A DNA stretch of 64,000 nucleotides from a virus. Its lineage: Duplodnaviria > Caudoviricetes. The notes below the pieces were generated by a model, which searched no databases, was not told the DNA's origin, and worked only from the letters and a program-made list of their open reading frames with translations. A program made the translations under genes and the position numbers. Positions 37,540-45,530 of the stretch are shown piece by piece (the stretch's first letter is position 1; the number at the start of each line of letters is the position of its first letter). The stretch lies in IMG/VR virus record IMGVR_UViG_3300020431_000009, positions 550 to 64,549 of that record; one strand, 5' to 3'.

Positions 37540-38052
37540 CTATATCCAGTCAGGTTTGTGGTGTGGTAATCGTAAGTAGTTATCTTTCACCCATGGTTTG
37601 GATGCGATATACATTTTATATGCTTCGATGGTAGTGATACTATCATCAAATTTATACTCCTCAGGCATTGCTCGAACAAAAGGAGTGTGATCATCCCATC
37701 TTACATCAGGAATGATTTTGTCAGCAGCAAGAAGAGTGGTAAAACAGGTATGAACTTTTGCATAGCGAGCAGCATATTCACTACAGAGAGCAAACCCATG
37801 AGCAAGCAACCATCTAGAGTTTGCTATAGTCTCGTTTGCCCAAATAGTACAAGGGTGATTACGGAATGCTCCCTTGTCCGTAGCATAGGGTGTGCCGTCT
37901 TTCTTAGGCAGTGTGCCATAACCATGTCCCCACTTGTCTGAGGCGACTATAGAGAGCATCTGACAGGTTTCCAAAGGCATCTTGACAATGTGCTTGTCTG
38001 GTAGAACAGCAGCAGATTTCCATGGAGACTCGTCAGTGACGAAGATATTCAT
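37540..38052 (-). CDS. pyrimidine-dimer DNA glycosylase/DenV-like protein
   Basis: MNIF...LPDKHIVKMPLETCQML...HPCTIWA signature. Confidence 0.6.
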   Translation of the reverse strand: MNIFVTDESPWKSAAVLPDKHIVKMPLETCQMLSIVASDKWGHGYGTLPKKDGTPYATDKGAFRNHPCTIWANETIANSRWLLAHGFALCSEYAARYAKVHTCFTTLLAADKIIPDVRWDDHTPFVRAMPEEYKFDDSITTIEAYKMYIASKPWVKDNYLRLPHHKPDWI

Positions 38053-38188
38053 TTTTTTGACTCAACCCAACAAGGTTTACATAACGAATTTTTGTATCTT
38101 TTCTCGGATGGGACATAGCATCCAACCTGAGGGCATTGATTCGCTGGAATCATTTTACCACACCCAACGCATTTTGTCTCCCACATCT

Positions 38189-38488
38189 TCATAATGTTCT
38201 CTCAAGTCTATTCGTTGCTTGATCTGGAAAATCTCTTGGTCTACTATCAGTAGCATTGTCAGTTTTAGGGGAACCTTCATTCGCCTTCATAGTATGCTGA
38301 TAATTAGGTCGTGGGTATCTGATACAGAATGGATCAGGCATCCAATAAGTAACCTGCCATTCTTGTTCAGGATTTAACTCTAGATGTTTCTCTACACTGT
38401 GAGAAAAAATACCTATTTGGATATATCCATCATGACTGAGACATCTACCATCACCAATGTCAACTAGGAATAGCATCTTACTACTCAT
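38189..38488 (-). CDS. hypothetical protein
   Basis: ORF track. Confidence 0.65.
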   Translation of the reverse strand: MSSKMLFLVDIGDGRCLSHDGYIQIGIFSHSVEKHLELNPEQEWQVTYWMPDPFCIRYPRPNYQHTMKANEGSPKTDNATDSRPRDFPDQATNRLERTL

Positions 38489-38709
38489 AGTCGTTCTTGC
38501 TCTGGGTTAAGATTTTTCACGAATTGCTCAGGATCCTTTTCTGACTTGTGTACCCAATGATAGCGCATCATCTCGAAAATAGGATCCCACATGGGGATAC
38601 AAACATAATCCTTCATGTGTGTCTCGCAGCAAGTTCCTTCAGTTCCTTTGCTGTGAGTTTATCTAACTGCTCTGTAAAGTGATCAAGCAGCAATTGTTTA
38701 TATTGTTTC

Positions 38710-38904
38710 TTAGTCATGGTATTGTTTGATTAATCTTTCAACTTGCTTCTTGTCGCAACCACAAGGAGCATTCCCTAAACATCTACGAATTAATTCGTTA
38801 TCGCTGATAGAAGGTTTGATAGTAAACCCCCATTTGTCAACTTCACCTTCAATAGGTGCTTCGCATGGATCAAATTCATGTGGCATTAGTCTCGCTGTCT
38901 CCAA
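38710..38904 (-). CDS. hypothetical protein
   Basis: ORF track. Confidence 0.55.
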   Translation of the reverse strand: METARLMPHEFDPCEAPIEGEVDKWGFTIKPSISDNELIRRCLGNAPCGCDKKQVERLIKQYHD

Positions 38905-39200
38905 TCATCAGGTTTGTCTTGCTGAAACCAATTCTTGATATCATCAGCATCAGTGAATCCCTTCTTATGATTGGATGGATCGGGATCACCTAACCCCATC
39001 CTATTCAGAAAATCGTCTGTGCTGCCCTCTTCAATGTTTTGGGATGCTTGGCGTCTTGCCATCTTTAACATCTCATTAGCAGATGTATTTGCTTTAGCAA
39101 GTTTCTGTGCCCAGATCATATCATCTAATTTTACATCATCATTATTTGCGATACGTTTACAAATAAATTCCAGTCGTAGTCTATATTGTGTAGATAACAT
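38886..39200 (-). CDS. conserved cyanophage hypothetical protein
   Basis: MLSTQYRLRLEFIC... Confidence 0.75.
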   Translation of the reverse strand: MLSTQYRLRLEFICKRIANNDDVKLDDMIWAQKLAKANTSANEMLKMARRQASQNIEEGSTDDFLNRMGLGDPDPSNHKKGFTDADDIKNWFQQDKPDDWRQRD

Positions 39201-39236
39201 GTGCCACTCATTTCCACGTAATTATTTAGAACCATG

Positions 39237-39260
39237 AAAAAAGGGACCCGAAGGTCCCCT
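39237..39260 (-). terminator. intrinsic terminator
   Basis: GGGACC-TTCG-GGTCCC followed by T6. Confidence 0.9.
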
Positions 39261-39313
39261 TGGGTGTTCCGACTTTTGTAGAGACCGCACGAAAGGAGTC
39301 TCCACATTATTTA

Positions 39314-39685
39314 TCAGAAGCTGTACTTCAAACCGAGTTTAGTTCCATAACCACGGTCGATGTCGCTGTCGCCACTACCAACGAAGGAGACTTCGCCGTA
39401 TGCACCAAGAGCATCGGTCAAACCGATACCAACGCCTGCCTTACCAGAAGGAACAGTGTCGGTCTCAGCGCCGTCAGGAGCAACCACGGTAGCGCCGCCC
39501 TGGACGTAGTAAGAAGCGTTCTCACCAAGTTCGCCTTCGTAACCTACGTGAAGGTCCGTTGCGGTTCCAGAGTAGTTGGATCCCGTCCAGCCAGAATTAG
39601 CTTCCACGTTAACGTAGGGACCAGCAAACGCAGCGCCAGCAGAGAGTGAAAGAGCAGCAGATGCTGCGAATACAGATTTGATCAT
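39314..39685 (-). CDS. small outer-membrane beta-barrel/porin-like protein
   Basis: Signal peptide ending AAFA, amphipathic Gly/aromatic strands, C-terminal KYSF beta-signal. Confidence 0.7.
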   Translation of the reverse strand: MIKSVFAASAALSLSAGAAFAGPYVNVEANSGWTGSNYSGTATDLHVGYEGELGENASYYVQGGATVVAPDGAETDTVPSGKAGVGIGLTDALGAYGEVSFVGSGDSDIDRGYGTKLGLKYSF

Positions 39686-39760
39686 TTTTGTTAATTACCT
39701 TTTGTTTACTTGCGGAATGAATACCCGCAGATGATGGATCGGTTCGACTCCCGATCGCAT
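39686..39760 (-). promoter_or_regulatory. structured 5' leader with two hairpins
   Basis: GATCGG-8-CCGATC (39737-39756) and TGCGG-9-CCGCA (39711-39729) between promoter and SD. Confidence 0.55.
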
Positions 39761-39766
39761 GAGTTT

Positions 39767-39795
39767 ATTATAGCAGAAGACGCTGGATGCGTCAA
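39767..39795 (-). promoter_or_regulatory. sigma70-type promoter
   Basis: TTGACG-17 nt-TATAAT. Confidence 0.85.
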
Positions 39796-39929
39796 CCAGG
39801 TTATGCAAGTAGTTGCGGCACTCGCCTGATTTGCTACAAGAGTAATTTATCAGGGTTGAGTCCAGAAATCAACCCCCCTTGTGCCAGTTTACCATTTGGA
39901 TATCCGATAGGTGTGATAATATAAACTTA

Positions 39930-40952
39930 TTAGTTGAGTAAGATGATAGAACCTTTAATGTTAACCGCACCAGAAGCGGTGATATTTGCAATACCACCTG
40001 CAATCATACTTGCATTTAAACCTGCCGTTGCCGTAAATGATGTTCCAGCAGCAACAGTAACAGCAGCACCAGCAGTCTCTGTAAGGGCAGCTCCAGCAGC
40101 AATCAAGATAGCATCTGTTGCTTTGACAGAAGCCCCACCAAGAAGAGAATTAACACTATATGTTGTATCTCTTGCTTTAACTAGTGGGGGTGTTCCTGGT
40201 TTACCAGCAACAATAGTTTGCGACACACCACCAACCCACTGAGAATAATCTCCAAGAATCTTCCAATTGACATGACCCGGCGAAATTACGTTCTGTGATG
40301 CTCTAGGATCAAATTGTACTAGTGTTTCCTCACCAGCACCAAATGTCATCTTCTGCCCTAAAATAATTTCTTTATCTTGACTCGCAACTTTTTCTACAGT
40401 ACCAGCATTCATGACGATCTTTCCGCCACCAGCAGTTCCTGCTTGAATATTAACCTGAGTTTTGCCAATCAGTATTAATTCTTCTGATGCTTCAATGACA
40501 ATCTTCTGTGCTCTGATATATCTGGTGCCTCCAGTTGTTTTTTCAACATAATCACCATAACATAACACGTTTAATGCTTGACCTTCATCTGTGTCATCTC
40601 CTACATTAAACTCTAAGTTAGATCTATGTTCATGTTTTTGTTGTTGTCCCCAACTATGAATACACAATTTTCCACTACCAGGACCACGTTCTTTGTCTTT
40701 TGTTCCAGTAATAAGTTTAATTTGACCTAAGTTATTCTGCACAATAGCAGAATCTTCTGGTCCATCGATACGCAATGCTTTAGATGTTTTATCCGGCAGC
40801 ATTCTTTCATAGATTTCAGACCCAGTTAAAGTTCCTTTATACCAAGTCCTAAACCTAGGATTTTCCGCCAAATCCTGAGATTCATCAGGAGTTGTGGGTT
40901 TAGCAATAGTCTTAGGATACGTAGAAGCAGCTTGTGGATTCATTATGGACAA
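39930..40952 (-). CDS. gp5 C-terminal-like beta-helix spike protein
   Basis: VgrG/gp5-like short repeats ending ITASGAVNIKGSIILLN; coupled to the gp5 N-terminal gene. Confidence 0.65.
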   Translation of the reverse strand: MSIMNPQAASTYPKTIAKPTTPDESQDLAENPRFRTWYKGTLTGSEIYERMLPDKTSKALRIDGPEDSAIVQNNLGQIKLITGTKDKERGPGSGKLCIHSWGQQQKHEHRSNLEFNVGDDTDEGQALNVLCYGDYVEKTTGGTRYIRAQKIVIEASEELILIGKTQVNIQAGTAGGGKIVMNAGTVEKVASQDKEIILGQKMTFGAGEETLVQFDPRASQNVISPGHVNWKILGDYSQWVGGVSQTIVAGKPGTPPLVKARDTTYSVNSLLGGASVKATDAILIAAGAALTETAGAAVTVAAGTSFTATAGLNASMIAGGIANITASGAVNIKGSIILLN

Positions 40953-43867
40953 TCAACGTAACGACCAGTTCCAATTTTAGTAGAACCAATTTTGGTAAGT
41001 GCATCTGTATCTAGACATGCTAGAGAGGGCAATAATTTAGCACCATATCCATTACCACCAATAACTAGAATCTCAGGATACTTTTTATATGTAGTTATCC
41101 TGTCAAGAATTCTAGCACCAATAACAAATCCTTGGTCATCGATGATTGCTTCTGCTACATCAGTTCTTCCATCAACATAAATTGTTGGTACTTCTGTATA
41201 ATTACTACCTGGTCTGACGAGAGTAAAAGAGTCAATAATACATCGCTTATTGTTGTTATCTGGAAGATTTTTCCTATATCCAAATCCATTTGATTTAACA
41301 CGAATTTCAGTAAGAAATCCATCTCGATCCAGTAAAGCAGTTGCAGTGGCACCAATGCCTTCGCCAATAACAAACACATATGGTGCTTCCGCCCACGGAG
41401 AACCAGGATTAGACACTGGAATATCAATAATTCCACCATTATCATCAGTGATAACATCACCAGTATCAATAGTAGGTGGAACAAATATTCTAGTATCAGT
41501 TGCTGGTCCTTCACCTTCGCCATCATCTACAATATCGTCTGCTGTTAAAATTACCACATCAGCAAATGCACCAGTTCCATTAATTGTTAGTCTAAGAATC
41601 TCTGCGTCTTCAACCACACCATCTTCTTCAATACCAATAGTAATAGTAGATTTGTTATCATTAATAATTAAATCACCAACCATATCCCCACCAATAATAT
41701 CTTCTGATGTAATTCCATCACCAGAAAGAGTATAGTACAAGATTTCACCATTCTCGAAATTTGTAGTCTGAACAGTGTAAACAATAAACTCACCTTCGGG
41801 ACAAGAGTCTCTATTTGCTTCTATAACTACAGTTTTAGAAAGTTCAAATCCAGAATTATCATCTCTGCCGTCTCCATCATTATCAATGAACGGAATATCC
41901 GTAGTATCATCACCATCATCATCACCATCATCAATCGGATTAGTAATTTCTGGTGGAAACAATTCAGGAATTTCATATTCTGGATTTTTAGTAATTCCTG
42001 TATATGGATTATATGGTTCTTTTAGATTTTTTTCAGTAATTGTTCCTGTAGCTATAGTTCTAATAAATCGTGTTTGAACAACACTACCTTTCATAGGAGT
42101 ATTCTTTCTTATGAGAAGTTTAAAGGTTTCATCTTCTTCTCGTATGGAATCATTTAATGTTCTAACTTGAATAACTTTTTCAAGTTCTCCAGGTGCAAAT
42201 CCAAGAATTCCTTTTTCTGGAATATAATCTTGTCCTTCAGTGGCGCTACCGTTATATTTTAGAGTTCTATATTTAACAGAAGATGCAATAGATACATTTC
42301 CTTTTCTCTTGACAACAAATTTAGCAACCTCTCCCTCTTCTACAGTAACATCATCAATCGTATATGTAATCTTTTTAGTTTGTTTTACACCATTGTTATC
42401 GGGATCTTGTTCTTCTCCAGGAAGAATATCTCCATCATTTCCAATACCACTACCACCCTTAGGAACTCCGCCAGTGAATCCAATAGTCGTAAACTCTAAA
42501 GTATTGCCTTTGTAAGCATCATCGCAAACATACTGAGTGTAATCAGCACCTGTTGCTGGAAATAAATTATCGATGTCCGATAGTAGATCATCCAAGAAGT
42601 CTCCTTCTTCTTTTAATTCTTCTCCACCATTTGTACAAACTGCTTTTTTCTTGCTACATGATCTATCTGGACCAGAGCATGAAATTCCTAGTAAGTTTAA
42701 TACAAAATTAATTGCTCCACCAAGAATGTTTAATGGTCCCGCAATTGCTCCTAAGATATCACTAATTGGACCAAGAATTTGACCAAGAAGATCATTCATT
42801 AATGAATTAATCTTCGACATGATACCACCAACTAGAGCATCAATTTGACAAGCTACAGACTTATAAATCTGTTCAACATAACTCATTAACAAATCTGTAA
42901 GAAATTTTCCTAGGCGATCTCCAAGATCCGCCATTGAGCATCCTAAGTTTGCTAATAAATTATTAAAAAATTCTGTAACCGGTGTCAATGAATTGCCAGT
43001 TTCTGTTGGAAGAAGTAATGCTTTGATTAGATCATTAACAGCAGCTTTAAGTTTCTCAATAATAAATCCCTTTACTTTAGCAACAAACTCACTAACAACC
43101 AGCATTGCTTTGTTAATGTATCCTCTTGCTATGCCAACACCATCCTGGATTGCACCACTAGCTTGGTTAACAACATATGTACCAATATTACCACCACTAT
43201 TTTGGACCGCAGCAAGAAATTCTCCCATGATACCAGTCAATTGTGATGTCATGTCATCTTCATCACATTTTTCTGCTTTAGATTGGCACCAATCTTCTGC
43301 TACTGCACTCCTATTCTTTAATGGATCTATTTTCTTTTGTGGAGTAGTGACTCTTTGATTTCCTTCTCCATCTTTTGTACCATCAGATAGTCCACCAGTA
43401 GCAGTATTTTTTTCTGTACCTTTTTGTTTTGGCGGACCATCTGCTTTTTCATTAATTTGTCCAATTGCAGTGGTAAATGGCGGAGTATCTGGTGTTCTCT
43501 CACCAAATACTTTTGTTGCACCAGGAGTCTGTCCAATAGACCCCATGATGATAGGTTTTTGTTTCTCGGTATCCATATAGAAACCGATAACCCAACAACC
43601 AATCTCTAGTTGTGGGTGTGCTCCACCAGCATTACCCGGAATGAATGGAACTGTAACAGGCATCATCACAGTTGCCCATGGCAAATCTGCCGTATCAAGG
43701 AGTTCCTTTTTACCAGGATGATCTCCTACAATACGAACTTTGAAACGATAACCACCTTTGTTATTTGTTTCGTCAGTGGCAGTTCCTTCAATTTGACCCA
43801 CCCACCAATTAAACCCATCGTTTCCGATGCGCTGAGTAGGAATCAACTGTGATACTAATTGGTCCAT
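40943..43867 (-). CDS. baseplate hub gp5-like protein (OB-fold N-terminus, Calx-beta domain)
   Basis: FNWWVGQIE...FKVRIVGDH...LPWA OB-fold; SATEGQDY...FAPGE..K.I.V..LND...E.DETF Calx-beta. Confidence 0.85.
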   Translation of the reverse strand: MDQLVSQLIPTQRIGNDGFNWWVGQIEGTATDETNNKGGYRFKVRIVGDHPGKKELLDTADLPWATVMMPVTVPFIPGNAGGAHPQLEIGCWVIGFYMDTEKQKPIIMGSIGQTPGATKVFGERTPDTPPFTTAIGQINEKADGPPKQKGTEKNTATGGLSDGTKDGEGNQRVTTPQKKIDPLKNRSAVAEDWCQSKAEKCDEDDMTSQLTGIMGEFLAAVQNSGGNIGTYVVNQASGAIQDGVGIARGYINKAMLVVSEFVAKVKGFIIEKLKAAVNDLIKALLLPTETGNSLTPVTEFFNNLLANLGCSMADLGDRLGKFLTDLLMSYVEQIYKSVACQIDALVGGIMSKINSLMNDLLGQILGPISDILGAIAGPLNILGGAINFVLNLLGISCSGPDRSCSKKKAVCTNGGEELKEEGDFLDDLLSDIDNLFPATGADYTQYVCDDAYKGNTLEFTTIGFTGGVPKGGSGIGNDGDILPGEEQDPDNNGVKQTKKITYTIDDVTVEEGEVAKFVVKRKGNVSIASSVKYRTLKYNGSATEGQDYIPEKGILGFAPGELEKVIQVRTLNDSIREEDETFKLLIRKNTPMKGSVVQTRFIRTIATGTITEKNLKEPYNPYTGITKNPEYEIPELFPPEITNPIDDGDDDGDDTTDIPFIDNDGDGRDDNSGFELSKTVVIEANRDSCPEGEFIVYTVQTTNFENGEILYYTLSGDGITSEDIIGGDMVGDLIINDNKSTITIGIEEDGVVEDAEILRLTINGTGAFADVVILTADDIVDDGEGEGPATDTRIFVPPTIDTGDVITDDNGGIIDIPVSNPGSPWAEAPYVFVIGEGIGATATALLDRDGFLTEIRVKSNGFGYRKNLPDNNNKRCIIDSFTLVRPGSNYTEVPTIYVDGRTDVAEAIIDDQGFVIGARILDRITTYKKYPEILVIGGNGYGAKLLPSLACLDTDALTKIGSTKIGTGRYVDCP

Positions 43868-43872
43868 ATTAA

Positions 43873-44100
43873 TTAATCATCATATACTAGACATTCTGGT
43901 TCTGATGGATTTTGATCACAAAAAAGTTCCAATGCCGTAGGATCGTGATGATCACCACCTTCAATTTCTGTTTTGTGATGTTCTACATAATCCTCTAATT
44001 CATGAAGTTCGCCTTCAATATGACGACGTTGGTTAGGAGAAGTCATAGGATTATCAAGGATTTCTTTATCCTTGGCAATATGTGCTTCGATGTTTTCCAT
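43873..44100 (-). CDS. cp12: CP12 Calvin-cycle inhibitor
   Basis: C-terminal LELFCDQNPSEPECLVYDD; CTAAATA late promoter at 44122-44128. Confidence 0.9.
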   Translation of the reverse strand: MENIEAHIAKDKEILDNPMTSPNQRRHIEGELHELEDYVEHHKTEIEGGDHHDPTALELFCDQNPSEPECLVYDD

Positions 44101-44120
44101 AAGTAATTGCTTCTACGTTT

Positions 44121-45530
44121 TTATTTAGTGCCGTGGTTTGATTCTATGTCCCCATACGAATCTCGCATCAATCTTAAGGTTGTTGTAAACTTACCATTAG
44201 TAGATTTGGTACTATCATAAGTATGTGTCACTTCCTCGATGAGGTAAATGCCACTGCTTTCTTGATCGTATGGTTCATCCTGTATTCTAGCACCAGGAAC
44301 TTTATTTACAAGTTTTATGTTGATCTTATCACCTGCACAGATCTCTGAGTTGCCAGGAATCACAACTGTTGCCATTTGATGCTTTAGTAATTCATATCGC
44401 ATTAACGACTGTGCTGCAAAATGTTTATGAAAATCACAAAATTCACTTGGTTCTTCTGATTTATCTTCTTCTTCGTAAGATGCAATTCCTGGTTCATTAT
44501 ACCAGGATTCGTGATCTAAGATTGTAGATACAATTCTAGTTGGATAATCAGAAATAGATTTATCTCCAAATTTAATTAAAGATGGTTTATTTTGTGCTCC
44601 AAGATGCTTCATGCTATCATATGCATCTTCTAAACTATAGTCATATTCATTATATTGACCTGTAGAATGATTAAAGAAAACAATGAGACTGGAATACTTT
44701 CCCTTCCTCATAGCAGTCATAACATCAACTTCAGACCGAAATACTGCTTGAGAAATTGTAAGTCTATCATCCGCACCATCTGATTGATTAGCTGGTTTTT
44801 CAATGTATGGACCCCATGTATTCTCATCATTTTCATCTAATAGATCGTCAACAGCAAAGAAGTTATACCCTCTCTTATTTTCCCAGAAAAAATACCCAGC
44901 AGATCCACTAATTTTACCTCTATCTCCATCAGATTTTGAGTTTTTTCCTCCAGATCCACCACTATCAATTTTTACACTCTTTACACACAACGATGAGATA
45001 ACGTCAAATGGTCTCCTATTTGTAGGAAGCATTTTTACAGCAAATTGAGTTGGTGATGTCATACCATTCAAATTTACTACAAATGGTTTGTCTGTATTTA
45101 AATTTTCCTGTAAAATTTTAGCAACAATCTCTTCTGGTTTTCCTTCCAATCTTTTCATTAATCTCACACATTCATTGTTAAGTGCTTCAACAGATACAAG
45201 ACCTAACGTAAATGCTTGTGTTTGGTTTTTAGCATATCTATTACCCACTTTCCATACTTGCATTACATATTCTTGTGGATCATCTGCAGAAGAAGTATCC
45301 ACAACGATCTTAACAGTCTCACCACCTTGAATAGGAAGATTTGCTAACAGTCCGGCACTATCAGCAACAGTCATAGTTCCTGCAATAAACGGACTAGTAA
45401 CATTCTCAACATATGAAAATGTATTTACCATTTGCTTTATTTCATACCCCTCTGTTTCTCCAAGTGCTGCTATAACAACACTCTTTAAAGAGAAATCTGT
45501 GATATTTTGAAACTGTTGTGATTGTGCCAT
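44121..45530 (-). CDS. baseplate hub protein (gp27-like)
   Basis: YVENVTSPFIAGTMTVAD...LPIQGGE, YFFWEN..GYNF, GIYLIEEVTH; located between tape measure and gp5. Confidence 0.65.
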   Translation of the reverse strand: MAQSQQFQNITDFSLKSVVIAALGETEGYEIKQMVNTFSYVENVTSPFIAGTMTVADSAGLLANLPIQGGETVKIVVDTSSADDPQEYVMQVWKVGNRYAKNQTQAFTLGLVSVEALNNECVRLMKRLEGKPEEIVAKILQENLNTDKPFVVNLNGMTSPTQFAVKMLPTNRRPFDVISSLCVKSVKIDSGGSGGKNSKSDGDRGKISGSAGYFFWENKRGYNFFAVDDLLDENDENTWGPYIEKPANQSDGADDRLTISQAVFRSEVDVMTAMRKGKYSSLIVFFNHSTGQYNEYDYSLEDAYDSMKHLGAQNKPSLIKFGDKSISDYPTRIVSTILDHESWYNEPGIASYEEEDKSEEPSEFCDFHKHFAAQSLMRYELLKHQMATVVIPGNSEICAGDKINIKLVNKVPGARIQDEPYDQESSGIYLIEEVTHTYDSTKSTNGKFTTTLRLMRDSYGDIESNHGTK

